Below are positions 19,659 through 28,824 of a DNA stretch of 61,277 nucleotides, piece by piece. This stretch comes from a virus. Its lineage: Duplodnaviria > Caudoviricetes. The stretch lies in the IMG/VR virus record IMGVR_UViG_3300027533_000023, positions 1-61,277 of that record; one strand, given 5' to 3'. A program made the position numbers and the translations under genes. The first letter of the stretch is position 1, and every line of letters starts with the position of its first letter. The notes beneath the pieces are model-generated. The model saw nothing but the letters and a program-made list of their open reading frames with translations, was not told where the DNA came from and searched no databases.

Positions 19659-19811
19659 ATGACTGATACAGAACTGCAACAAGCTATCTTAAGATTGAAA
19701 GCTAAGTACTTAACTCCTGAGCGGCTTAAGGAGGAATTAGCTAAATTATACCCCCACCTACCTCCTGAGGACATAGATAATATCGCTAAATCTATGCAGA
19801 GGAAAAAATAA
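19659..19811 (+). CDS. Small hypothetical protein (50 aa, not in ORF track)
   Basis: MTDTELQQAILRLKAKYLTPERLKEELAKLYPHLPPEDIDNIAKSMQRKK. Confidence 0.5.
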   Translation: MTDTELQQAILRLKAKYLTPERLKEELAKLYPHLPPEDIDNIAKSMQRKK

Positions 19812-19832
19812 TTACGAGAATTATTATAAAAA

Positions 19833-19866
19833 ATTAGGTTAGTATATTATTTTATACTTATCTTTA
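19833..19866 (+). promoter_or_regulatory. Phage promoter: ATTAGGTTAGTATA + -7 box TATCTTTA
   Basis: One of six copies of the motif, upstream of + strand small genes. Confidence 0.75.
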
Positions 19867-19884
19867 GTTTTTAATAAGAAATAT

Positions 19885-20061
19885 ATGAAACTTGTTTTTG
19901 GATCAAAAGAGAAAGGCGCAAAGATTCAGTTTACAGAAACGTGGGGATACAGAGTAACTGATTATATAAACACCAAAGATGGTCGCCCAACTTCGACTAT
20001 TTATACAACTTTACAAGACGCACAAGCTAAATACTCTGAAATATTAAATACTAAAAAATGA
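19885..20061 (+). CDS. Small hypothetical protein (58 aa)
   Basis: First ORF after promoter; ATGA overlap with the next ORF. Confidence 0.55.
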   Translation: MKLVFGSKEKGAKIQFTETWGYRVTDYINTKDGRPTSTIYTTLQDAQAKYSEILNTKK

Positions 20062-20213
20062 AACGCTTTATTCTTTTCCTAATTATCCTCTCTCTCTTCG
20101 CCTCTTGTGTACCTGCGCGTGAGGGGTTTGTACGTAGGCAGACTACAGGCTCGGCTTATAACAAGCACGGAGAATACAGGGAACGTACTTCAATACCGAC
20201 ATTAGGAAGATAA
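20058..20213 (+). CDS. Small lipoprotein (51 aa)
   Basis: MKRFILFLIILSLFAS-C lipoprotein signal. Confidence 0.6.
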   Translation: MKRFILFLIILSLFASCVPAREGFVRRQTTGSAYNKHGEYRERTSIPTLGR

Positions 20214-20231
20214 ACTTTAAACCTTAATAAA

Positions 20232-20459
20232 ATGACAACCGAAACAATCAACCAAAAGTACCAGGACGAAGAAACGCTGATCGAGTACGAAACAAGGGCA
20301 GCATTAATGGTGATGAGGCAATATGGCGGAGGATTTAATGACCTTACATATAGCCTTATTCGCAATGCTCCCAAGATGCGAGACACGCTCTTGGTTCTCT
20401 TAAATAACGTTAAGATGTCAGATTCCATGCAGCAATTAATAGTAGACTCAATAAAATAG
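20232..20459 (+). CDS. Hypothetical protein
   Basis: A-rich start context, operon position. Confidence 0.6.
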   Translation: MTTETINQKYQDEETLIEYETRAALMVMRQYGGGFNDLTYSLIRNAPKMRDTLLVLLNNVKMSDSMQQLIVDSIK

Positions 20460-20464
20460 ATTTT

Positions 20465-20770
20465 ATGAACCAGACAGAGATTTTTCAGAACAGCCCATTC
20501 CTTCGCCTACATGCACAGATTGAGGGTTCTGATCCTGAAACGGAAAGAGATCATTTAGCTATAAAAGACTTGATGAAGAAGCGGGATCAAATGTGTAGTG
20601 ACCTTACAATCGGCAAGGGCATCAATCCTGAAAGTGTAGAGAAGATGAAAGCGATATGCGAAAAGCTAATCTCTATTGTATCATATCAAGTTGGCGCACC
20701 GAGTATCTTATCACAAGTAATTGAATTATCGGCAGAAGCCAAAGAAGCATTAAAAGCCGCTAAACTATAA
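20465..20770 (+). CDS. Hypothetical protein
   Basis: Operon position. Confidence 0.6.
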   Translation: MNQTEIFQNSPFLRLHAQIEGSDPETERDHLAIKDLMKKRDQMCSDLTIGKGINPESVEKMKAICEKLISIVSYQVGAPSILSQVIELSAEAKEALKAAKL

Positions 20771-20796
20771 CCGATAACCTGTAATACACATATACA

Positions 20797-20982
20797 ATGA
20801 GAACTTACTTAGGATACTTCTTCCACACCTTCAGAAACTATACCGAAGACAAGCAGTACAAACTTATTGAGGCAGAAAATAGAGAGAAAGCAGTTGAAAA
20901 GTTTAAAGCGTTTTTGAGTGAGAATGAGGAAGATGGAAACATTCCGGAAAGTTGCACTTTTTACGTAGATGAAATTCTATAA
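20797..20982 (+). CDS. Hypothetical protein
   Basis: IEAENREKAVEKF small phage protein pattern. Confidence 0.55.
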   Translation: MRTYLGYFFHTFRNYTEDKQYKLIEAENREKAVEKFKAFLSENEEDGNIPESCTFYVDEIL

Positions 20983-21167
20983 CATGAGAAATATATTTTG
21001 GAATCTCGGCTGCCTTTACGGGCATATTATTAACTTCTTTAAAGCGTTTATATGAAAGAGTTTTTTAATCCTGTTTGCGTTCCGTTTTGGGTAATTTGGC
21101 TTATGTGTACATTACTTGGAACCTTTATAGGAATTGTATTAGCTAACTTATTAATAAAACTAAAACG

Positions 21168-21668
21168 ATGAAACAGCTATTTATTATCGCCTTATCAGCT
21201 CTCCTACTCTCCTGCCAGAAGGAAGTACTCCAACCATCTATTACTTCTCAGGTCGCATCAAACGCCGTTTTAAGGGCTAAGGGCAGCGAGGATTTACCCA
21301 TTGAGTATTTACTCTACAACGATTGCACCGCCGAGTGGGTAGTGGTAGAAATCGTTATAGCGTACAAATTCAACTACTTTACTACAAAGGATGACTTTCA
21401 TGCTAATGCTACCTATGGTATTAAAGGAATTGCAATAGGGCAGACCTCAGGCAATATCTATAAGCTAACCGGCAAGACCTTAGATATTGAGAAGTTCAAG
21501 AACTACCAAACAACCGAGAACCAAGTGTTCAGGGTAACAACTACCCTTACCTTTAAAACTCCTGACGGTCAGGACTGGGTAACTACAGGAACACGGATCC
21601 GTAGGATACTAGCCGACGGGACTATTGTAACAGATATAGAATCGCAAACAGCTTACTGCAAAAATTAG
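21168..21668 (+). CDS. Lipoprotein, beta-rich
   Basis: MKQLFIIALSALLLS-CQKE Bacteroidota-type lipoprotein signal. Confidence 0.75.
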   Translation: MKQLFIIALSALLLSCQKEVLQPSITSQVASNAVLRAKGSEDLPIEYLLYNDCTAEWVVVEIVIAYKFNYFTTKDDFHANATYGIKGIAIGQTSGNIYKLTGKTLDIEKFKNYQTTENQVFRVTTTLTFKTPDGQDWVTTGTRIRRILADGTIVTDIESQTAYCKN

Positions 21669-21672
21669 AAAC

Positions 21673-21706
21673 AAAAAAAGCCCTGCTATTGGTAGTAGCT
21701 AGGGCT
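21673..21706 (-). terminator. Intrinsic terminator, probably bidirectional
   Basis: AGCCCT-(A)-GCTA...TAGC-AGGGCT stem followed by a T-run on -, between convergent genes. Confidence 0.75.
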
Positions 21707-21813
21707 AAAGAGTACATCTACTTGGGATCAATAGGCTCGAAACCTGATCCAAGTTGAATAAACTTTAATTTTGCCGTGCTTAAAGTTAATGAATTAAAGA
21801 TATAAAAAAACAA

Positions 21814-23151
21814 TCAAAACTTCATAATTGACTTGTGGAAGGTATTTAAGTAGTACCTCCAGTGGTCAAGGTGGTCAGCTCTTTTCTTCGGGTTAGAGCG
21901 ATCACCTTTGTCTATATCCCCCATCTCGTCTACACTCACATACTGGCAATCAAAAATTAAGTCTTTAGCCCCCTCAGGATCAAACGCTACATCCATCTTC
22001 TTAAAAGCCGCGTTTACCAGCACTCTATTCTCTTTTACAATAGGGTTCACTGTAGGCACCCTTATCTGCCTGTCTGTGAGCTGTAGTTCGTTTTTAATGA
22101 TAGTATAGTAGTTCATATCATCGTGAACCATGGCGCTGCTATTGCGTCCTGTAGCGTCTCCAGTCACCACATATAAATACTCGGTTGGCGGGTACCAAAC
22201 CTTTATCTCTGTACACAGCTTATAAATATCACTATTCGGCAGCTTAAAAGCCTTCGGGCATATGATATGGTTACCCCAGTGCTGGTATACCCCGCACGTT
22301 ATCGGGTTTACGTTAAAGTCAAAGCTCAGGTAAAGCTCCATGCTCCTGTTTACCGTTACTGCTCTTTTATGCTTAGCAAGGTCAAAGGCAAAGGCGTACG
22401 GATCTCCTACTTTCCTATTACCCCACTTACCTAAAGTAAACACCTGGTAATAGTACGGATCCAGCTCAGACAGGTATTCAAGAAAAGCTCTCCGCACATC
22501 TGTACACCATGGATTGTCGTGGTAGGTAGTATGCGTACTCTGGTACATAAACTCAATCGTTACCTCACCAACCTGTACTGGCCAGGTATTAGTAAAGGTG
22601 CTGTAAATATCTCCCTTATACGGCTCGTAGAACGTCTTATACAGCCAGAAATCTTCGTAGTTGCTATCGCTCTCAGGGTTATAGGTAAACCACGTCTTCA
22701 CCCGTCCTATATTCGTTCTCAGGGTACTCATCAGGACAATAAAGTCATCCATATCTAACTGGTTGCCTTCCTCTACCCATGCGTGGCTAATATTACTCAG
22801 TGACTTTATCTTCCCTGGCTCGTCAAATCCTTTAGCGATAAACTTGTTGCCGTTTATATTACATCTTATCTCTAACGGGGAAATATTGAAGGTAAAGAGG
22901 TGATCAATCTTCCAGTATTCTGCTACATCTTTAATCGTTTGCCACTGGCTCTCCTTAATCGTGTTGAATACCTTTCTTGCCAGTACACAGCGGAAGTATT
23001 TAGACCTGAGACAGTCAACAAGAAGTTTACTAGCTACATACCGGCTTTTGCCAGAATCACGGCCGCCGTATAGGAAGTCGATATCATTATTGTTAATATG
23101 GAGATGCCTGTAGCAGGGTAGAAATGCCTCTTTAGGCAGATTAATAGTCAT
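21814..23151 (-). CDS. terL: Terminase large subunit, PBSX family
   Basis: Walker A YGGRDSGKS, Walker B WVEE, TYNP motif III, nuclease FDFN and DHLD. Confidence 0.95.
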   Translation of the reverse strand: MTINLPKEAFLPCYRHLHINNNDIDFLYGGRDSGKSRYVASKLLVDCLRSKYFRCVLARKVFNTIKESQWQTIKDVAEYWKIDHLFTFNISPLEIRCNINGNKFIAKGFDEPGKIKSLSNISHAWVEEGNQLDMDDFIVLMSTLRTNIGRVKTWFTYNPESDSNYEDFWLYKTFYEPYKGDIYSTFTNTWPVQVGEVTIEFMYQSTHTTYHDNPWCTDVRRAFLEYLSELDPYYYQVFTLGKWGNRKVGDPYAFAFDLAKHKRAVTVNRSMELYLSFDFNVNPITCGVYQHWGNHIICPKAFKLPNSDIYKLCTEIKVWYPPTEYLYVVTGDATGRNSSAMVHDDMNYYTIIKNELQLTDRQIRVPTVNPIVKENRVLVNAAFKKMDVAFDPEGAKDLIFDCQYVSVDEMGDIDKGDRSNPKKRADHLDHWRYYLNTFHKSIMKF

Positions 23152-23387
23152 TTAACTTTCCAGATTGGAATACTACTATTTGCAACGAGCTTAATATCTT
23201 CACTTGGTGTATAGATTTGATAAGAATTAAAAGCTCCAAACTGATAACTCAACTTATCTGGAAAAGTTATAATAGACCCGTCATCCAGATATATTGTTTC
23301 TGGTCCGTTAGCTATCTTTAGGAACTCAATCTTAGTTACTCTCCCAAAGATAGCTTCGCAAAGTTCACTACTTTCTACCTTATCCAT
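23148..23387 (-). CDS. Hypothetical protein
   Basis: Coupled ORF between terS and terL. Confidence 0.55.
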   Translation of the reverse strand: MDKVESSELCEAIFGRVTKIEFLKIANGPETIYLDDGSIITFPDKLSYQFGAFNSYQIYTPSEDIKLVANSSIPIWKVK

Positions 23388-23646
23388 TTTCTTCTTCTGG
23401 AGTTTCTGCTGCTATTGTTTCTACCTTGGATGCGAGAGCTTCTGCCTGTGCGCTTATCTCATCTACATCTGCCTGGCTCATCCCTGGCTGGATAGCATCT
23501 TTAATCCTGCGTATATCGTCAGCTACGTTAGTAAGCCCATCTTGGATACGGGTAAAAGCTGCGAGTATTGTCGATTTGTCTGGCATTTTATTTAGTTTAT
23601 AAACGATTAATAATAAAAGAATTGTATTGATAATAGGATAAAACAT
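23380..23646 (-). CDS. Small protein, N-terminal hydrophobic segment plus coiled coil
   Basis: IINTILLLLIVY followed by amphipathic helices. Confidence 0.55.
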   Translation of the reverse strand: MFYPIINTILLLLIVYKLNKMPDKSTILAAFTRIQDGLTNVADDIRRIKDAIQPGMSQADVDEISAQAEALASKVETIAAETPEEENG

Positions 23647-24122
23647 TACCCGTTTACTACTTTGCCCTGTATAGGTATTACGTTATCGTTCTCACCCTCT
23701 ATATTCACATTAATCACTGTACCAGTTCCTATCTCCTCAGTTACCTGCTTAGGCATTCCCAATGCTCTATTCATAAAAGCGTTATAAGCAAATGTGTCTT
23801 TTTGTTCTACTGCTTTACTAATCTGTCCAAAGTGCATCATCATCTCATGAGTCAACTCGTCTATTGGTGCCCCATAATACTCAGTAGCTTTTTGAGCTAA
23901 CTCTTCATTTCCTTTAGGATTAAACCGCAAGTTTAGAATCGCCTTAGCTAATTCTATACCTTGTTTCTTCCTTAGCTTGCCAGCATTCTGCTGGGCAACA
24001 GTAGGTAAAGGGTTCCTCGGATCTCCCCACGGGATACCATCCTTAACTCCGTTTAGTTTACCTTTCATAACACGAGGTATTTTTGGAGTGTTTTCTTTTT
24101 TTTGTTCTAACTCTTTGCTCAT
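23646..24122 (-). CDS. terS: Terminase small subunit (putative)
   Basis: Upstream of terL; KAVEQKDTFAYNAFMNRALGMPKQ helical motif typical of TerS. Confidence 0.7.
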   Translation of the reverse strand: MSKELEQKKENTPKIPRVMKGKLNGVKDGIPWGDPRNPLPTVAQQNAGKLRKKQGIELAKAILNLRFNPKGNEELAQKATEYYGAPIDELTHEMMMHFGQISKAVEQKDTFAYNAFMNRALGMPKQVTEEIGTGTVINVNIEGENDNVIPIQGKVVNG

Positions 24123-24197
24123 AACTTAATTATAGTAAATATAAATATTATTTTTTGTTCTTAGTCTGATTTACTTTTTATCGTTGTTTACATCCCC

Positions 24198-24818
24198 CTA
24201 GGGGAACTGTAATAGGTATTCGGATTTACGATTATGCCAACTTGTAAGCCCTTTTATTGGTACAGGTTTCCCGCCTGTGAAAACATTGTAATCGGTTTCT
24301 CCCATATAGTCTATCGTCTTTTCTATCTGCTCTCTTGTTGCGCCTTTGGATTCCAGTTCGTTAATTTTATGCCTTAACTGTGTTTCTGTATGTCGTGAAG
24401 TATTCGCCATTTGCGTTAGTTCATCCTTTAGCTGCTGTATCTGAATTTTTTGTATCAGCAAGGTCATGCCATCTTTCCACTTCTTTTTGCGTATCCAATC
24501 AGAACAAAATTGAAATTTCTCCCGTAGCTGCTGTATCTCCTTTTTTAAAGATTCAACTTCCATTTCTGCTGCCTGAAGTGTATCGTGAGTATCGGAATAA
24601 TACCCTTTCCATTTTTCTATCTCTGCATCTTTGGAGGATAGGAGTTGAAGTATTCGTGCTTTAGCATCATAATAAGCAGTTGTGCCGCCTATGATTGGCG
24701 AATCAAAAAGAATTTCGTTTACGCTTTCTTCGTTATTCATACATCTGTTTTTGAATCCTTCGGGGATAATGAGGGGAAATGTGTAGCATAGATTTTGTGA
24801 GCTGCTATGTTTGCCCAC
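24198..24818 (-). CDS. Hypothetical coiled-coil protein (true start probably near 24740)
   Basis: Coiled-coil heptads; annotated start overlaps the upstream gene. Confidence 0.55.
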   Translation of the reverse strand: MGKHSSSQNLCYTFPLIIPEGFKNRCMNNEESVNEILFDSPIIGGTTAYYDAKARILQLLSSKDAEIEKWKGYYSDTHDTLQAAEMEVESLKKEIQQLREKFQFCSDWIRKKKWKDGMTLLIQKIQIQQLKDELTQMANTSRHTETQLRHKINELESKGATREQIEKTIDYMGETDYNVFTGGKPVPIKGLTSWHNRKSEYLLQFP

Positions 24819-25645
24819 TCATTAGGCAATAGGGTGTGATGTTTTTTGTACTCATCCTCAATTCTCATGCGGATTGATTTTATTCTCTGTTCTTTATCCT
24901 CCACGCTTATCCACTTCTGCTCTCCTTTTTCCAGTTCGGAAATCCGGGATTCCAATGCCCATATTTTACCTTGAAGAATACCCTCTAAGGTAGGATCGCC
25001 CCCCTGCTCTCCTTCCCCTGCTGCTGATGAAGGGAGCCTGTGTTTACATCTATGTGTTATTATCTGCTCACATTCACACTCTGGATATTCACACCCTTTT
25101 GGATATTCGTAAGGGTCTGCTGCTGATAAATGGAGGCGGGATTTTCGTCTACCGCATGTTATGTAGGCATCAACTATCCATTCCCATGTGGTTGTAGTTA
25201 TATCAAGACAGTTGTTAGCGTAAGCCTCCGCTTCTTTCTGCAACTGTTTATCTGTTAGCTCTGATAGTACATGAATATTACTATCATCCAAACTATTACC
25301 GAAAGCGGGATTATCATCTGTTGGCTCCTTCTCTGCTTGCCCTGTACTACTTGATACTTTTATTTTATCTCCATTACAAGTTTTACACAATTCATAATCA
25401 GTTTGACGATACCCCGTTGAAATAAGTCCTGTTCCATTACAGTCAGGACATATATCATTTTTATCTGGTGTACCGCTTGATAGGGCGGCTATGTAGCCTT
25501 CGCGTAGATTATTTACTTTTGTTCTTGCTGCTTTGTACCCTTCAAGCCCAAGTCCCATAGGGTCGTCACTAAACATACGTCTGTCGGGCATTGGAAAAGC
25601 CTTTTTGGCTTCCGCTTCCCATGCTTGTTGCTCTGTGTTACTCAT
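24737..25645 (-). CDS. Mosaic hypothetical protein with DnaJ-type zinc finger
   Basis: CPDCNGTG...CKTCNG; KWISVED motif. Confidence 0.6.
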   Translation of the reverse strand: MSNTEQQAWEAEAKKAFPMPDRRMFSDDPMGLGLEGYKAARTKVNNLREGYIAALSSGTPDKNDICPDCNGTGLISTGYRQTDYELCKTCNGDKIKVSSSTGQAEKEPTDDNPAFGNSLDDSNIHVLSELTDKQLQKEAEAYANNCLDITTTTWEWIVDAYITCGRRKSRLHLSAADPYEYPKGCEYPECECEQIITHRCKHRLPSSAAGEGEQGGDPTLEGILQGKIWALESRISELEKGEQKWISVEDKEQRIKSIRMRIEDEYKKHHTLLPNEWANIAAHKIYATHFPSLSPKDSKTDV

Positions 25646-25663
25646 ATCTTTTTTATTTTCCTA

Positions 25664-25843
25664 TTATACCTTCCGATATTTATATAGCTTAGTCTTAAAG
25701 GTTGTCGTACAGTACATATCGTATAGATATTCCTGCTCAGCCATAATAAACGCAAGCCCATAGTACTCTTTCAGATAAATAACCTCAGGCATCTCAATCG
25801 GAAGTGGTATAATAGTCGGATATTTAGTCTCGTTATTTTCCAT
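25664..25843 (-). CDS. Small hypothetical protein (59 aa, not in ORF track)
   Basis: First ORF downstream of the promoter motif at 25877-25890. Confidence 0.5.
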   Translation of the reverse strand: MENNETKYPTIIPLPIEMPEVIYLKEYYGLAFIMAEQEYLYDMYCTTTFKTKLYKYRKV

Positions 25844-25857
25844 TTTAAAAGTTTAAA

Positions 25858-25890
25858 TAAAACTACTATAATTATTTATATTAACCTAAT
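25858..25890 (-). promoter_or_regulatory. Phage promoter ATTAGGTTAATATA-N11-TAGTTTTA
   Basis: Repeated motif with fixed spacing. Confidence 0.72.
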
Positions 25891-25906
25891 AAATTATTAT
25901 TTTATT

Positions 25907-26188
25907 TTAGTAGCTCATTTCTCTAGCCCATGCCTCCATATCAAACATCCCATCTATCACCTTTGCCTGTTTTTTATATTTCCCCGTCACCTTGTATTTT
26001 CTCAATGGGTTTACTATCTTGTTCTTAGGGTCATCTTGGGCGTGCCTGATCGTTACCTTTGTCACTCCCATTATTTTAGCTATGTCTTTCATATACATAT
26101 CCTTACTTAACCTCCTTATCTTGTTTATTTCTCTTTTAGTTAGGTATCTGGCAGTACGTCTCATGTTTCTTTTACTTATTTTTAACAC
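25907..26188 (-). CDS. HTH DNA-binding protein
   Basis: LTKREINKIRRL...MKDIAKIMGVTKVTI helix-turn-helix. Confidence 0.7.
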   Translation of the reverse strand: MLKISKRNMRRTARYLTKREINKIRRLSKDMYMKDIAKIMGVTKVTIRHAQDDPKNKIVNPLRKYKVTGKYKKQAKVIDGMFDMEAWAREMSY

Positions 26189-26819
26189 CAGTATATTCCG
26201 TCGCTTTTACTTTTACTACATTAAAGCAGAAACGCCACACACTCTTAAGGTTCATTTCGCTTACCAGTTCTATTTTACGCCAATGGCATAAACCGAAAAG
26301 AGCAATTTTCTCTATTATTTGTTGTTTTGAAGGATTAGGATGCCCGTAATAAGCTACTAGATGTGTCTTAGTTATTCCATTAAGGATATTAACATTTGGT
26401 TTGGGAAAAGTTATAAACAAGAATCCACTATCAATTAATAAAAATATATCAGGCATAAATCTGCTTGGGAATCCATAACTATCTATATCAATAACATTAT
26501 ACTTCTTCTTCTCAGAAATAAGTCGATGGAAAACTATAAAGCTGTCGCCTGTTTTACAATATTTCTTATCAAACTTTTCAGAGTTTCCGTATTTATTATA
26601 AGTACTTGTAATATTACCCTTACCAGCAAATAATTCTAATATTTTTAATTCCTTTAAGCCTTGTAGTACATGGTCTATTTGAATAGATTTTTCAAATGGA
26701 TGATGAAGTGTATCAGTATTATATGCCTGCTTAGTTCTGATAATATCATGCCTTATCGCCCTATATGTTTTATCAGTATTTATTTTTGGTATCTCATCAT
26801 CTATTAAAAATAACTGCAT
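26172..26819 (-). CDS. SAM-dependent methyltransferase (amino-MTase-like)
   Basis: ILELFAGKG motif I and VIDIDSYGFP motif-IV-like sequence. Confidence 0.7.
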   Translation of the reverse strand: MQLFLIDDEIPKINTDKTYRAIRHDIIRTKQAYNTDTLHHPFEKSIQIDHVLQGLKELKILELFAGKGNITSTYNKYGNSEKFDKKYCKTGDSFIVFHRLISEKKKYNVIDIDSYGFPSRFMPDIFLLIDSGFLFITFPKPNVNILNGITKTHLVAYYGHPNPSKQQIIEKIALFGLCHWRKIELVSEMNLKSVWRFCFNVVKVKATEYTGVKNK

Positions 26820-27229
26820 CAGGTTTCTTTTATTATTATTCCGTATATTTTCTTCATCAGTCTTCGCTTCTTTAAGTATACTTTTGTTTTGGCTCCCTTA
26901 GCATCCTCAACTACCAGCTCTCCAGCCTTTGTTACGTATCTAAAATCAGCGTAGTACTTCAGGCTGTGTGTACCACCCTCGTTAAGCTCATACGGCACTT
27001 GGCGTTCCAGAAAGCCTATCTCACCAGCCTTAACCATTAGCTTTAACTTTACCCACCTCTTAGCCTCTCTTTTACTGTGGAAGATTATACCGTCTACTAT
27101 TGACTTTTTATTGCCATATTTACTATGCTTAGCCGGTATCGCCTGCTCAGGTTTCTTATCAGTAAATCCTCGGATCTTACCTGTAGTCAGCTTTTTATTT
27201 ACCTCTTCAATAGTCCAGTTCGTCTTCAT
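26819..27229 (-). CDS. DUF1064-family PD-(D/E)XK endonuclease
   Basis: SKYGNKK...DGIIFHSKREA...YYADFRY...VEDAKG. Confidence 0.88.
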   Translation of the reverse strand: MKTNWTIEEVNKKLTTGKIRGFTDKKPEQAIPAKHSKYGNKKSIVDGIIFHSKREAKRWVKLKLMVKAGEIGFLERQVPYELNEGGTHSLKYYADFRYVTKAGELVVEDAKGAKTKVYLKKRRLMKKIYGIIIKET

Positions 27230-27449
27230 CCTTACTAATTAAAAACCTGAATAATTTAGAGGCTACCCAAACTAATCCCATCGTTACAAATAAAAGAGCT
27301 ATCCACCATAAAAATGTTAACCAAAGACCGTACTTAATAACAGATACTACTAGCGCAAAAACACAAGCTGAAAACCCTAGCGCGTAAGCTAAATATTTTA
27401 ATATTTTCTTCATATCCTTAAGTTTAAAATGGCATTGCTTCCTCTTCAT
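27207..27449 (-). CDS. Small two-TM membrane protein
   Basis: Two hydrophobic helices. Confidence 0.55.
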   Translation of the reverse strand: MKRKQCHFKLKDMKKILKYLAYALGFSACVFALVVSVIKYGLWLTFLWWIALLFVTMGLVWVASKLFRFLISKDEDELDY

Positions 27450-28824
27450 CCTTAACTGGTGGCAGTGGTGACCATTTAGCTGTTGGCGAACCTAATACCT
27501 CGCTGAATGTCATTGTCTCTGCGTCATAATCTAACTTAATTTTAAAAGGTGCGCCGTCTCTCCACTTTACTGCTAAAAGATCAGCTTCACGCTCTGTACT
27601 TTGCCCGTTTTCGTTTACCTCAATACCAGCCATCCAGTCTCGGTGTAGCATAAGGACTATATCAGCATCCTGCTCCAGGCTACCGCTTTCCCTTAAGTCG
27701 CTTAACTTAGGATACCTGTCTTTACCAGTTCTTTTACTACTCTCGCGGCTTAGCTGAGCTAACGCAATAACTACCTTGTCCAGCTCACTTGCCAAGAGCT
27801 TACAACCCCTGCTTATCTTACTAATTTCCTGCTCCCGATTATAGTTTTTATTGCTATACGTTTCAACTAGTTGTATGTAGTCTACCATCAACACCCATTT
27901 ATCAATTCCTTTCTGCTTGAAGATCGCTGCTAGCTTATGAGCTTTCGCCCTTATCTCGTTAATATCCACCTTCGTTTTATCGCTAACATAGATCGGCAAC
28001 TTGGCCGTATGATTACTAATATGGTTAAAGAATCTCGATCGTTGGGTTTCTTCAGTAAACAGGTTACGATAGATAGTTTGGAAAGAAATAGCAGTATCGC
28101 CTGAAGCGATTCTGGCCGCTATCCTGACGTTATCTGTTTCCAGTGATATAATTCCCACCCCAATACCTTTGGCAGCCATGGCGAGGCCTATGCGAGCCAT
28201 TAGCGCTGTTTTACCGACACTTGGTCTCGCGCCGATGATCACAAACTGATTTCCGCTGAATCCCCCGTTTATCATATCAGCACCCCGGAATCCGGTCGTA
28301 ATAAACTCCTGCTCACCGTCTGATATCCTACCCTGATGCTCAAGCAAACTCATCATCAGTTCCTCCATCGACACCCACTCTTTTTTGTTCGTCCTTCCCT
28401 GTAGAGCTTGCAATTTCTTACTTACATTTTCTACCTGCACCCGTATATCGGTAAGTGGATCCAGCGAACTGAACACGTTTTCCAATTCCCGCTTTCTCCA
28501 CATATCGCTCACAATATGGCAGTGATACTCCAGGTGAGCTGTACTAACTACGCTGTTCGTAAGCGTTGTCAGATACCATCCTATTTGTCCTGCGTGTAAA
28601 GTCTCTCCATCAGCAACCATTTTGTTCGCTACCGTAAGGAGGTCTATAGGCTCTGCCTGGTCAAACATCTTCAACATAGCCCCGTAAACCTTCTGGTTAT
28701 CCTCTTTGTAAAAATGGGTACGATCAACAATTCCATAAGCTCTCCCAAAGGCACTGGTTTCTAAAAGGCACGACCCTAAAATAGCTGCCTCAATTTCTTT
28801 GTTATAGTGTAAATCCGGTATCAT
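27424..28824 (-). CDS. dnaB: Replicative DNA helicase
   Basis: GARPSVGKT, VDYIQL, LAQLSR, LSDLRESGSLEQDAD. Confidence 0.97.
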   Translation of the reverse strand: MIPDLHYNKEIEAAILGSCLLETSAFGRAYGIVDRTHFYKEDNQKVYGAMLKMFDQAEPIDLLTVANKMVADGETLHAGQIGWYLTTLTNSVVSTAHLEYHCHIVSDMWRKRELENVFSSLDPLTDIRVQVENVSKKLQALQGRTNKKEWVSMEELMMSLLEHQGRISDGEQEFITTGFRGADMINGGFSGNQFVIIGARPSVGKTALMARIGLAMAAKGIGVGIISLETDNVRIAARIASGDTAISFQTIYRNLFTEETQRSRFFNHISNHTAKLPIYVSDKTKVDINEIRAKAHKLAAIFKQKGIDKWVLMVDYIQLVETYSNKNYNREQEISKISRGCKLLASELDKVVIALAQLSRESSKRTGKDRYPKLSDLRESGSLEQDADIVLMLHRDWMAGIEVNENGQSTEREADLLAVKWRDGAPFKIKLDYDAETMTFSEVLGSPTAKWSPLPPVKDEEEAMPF

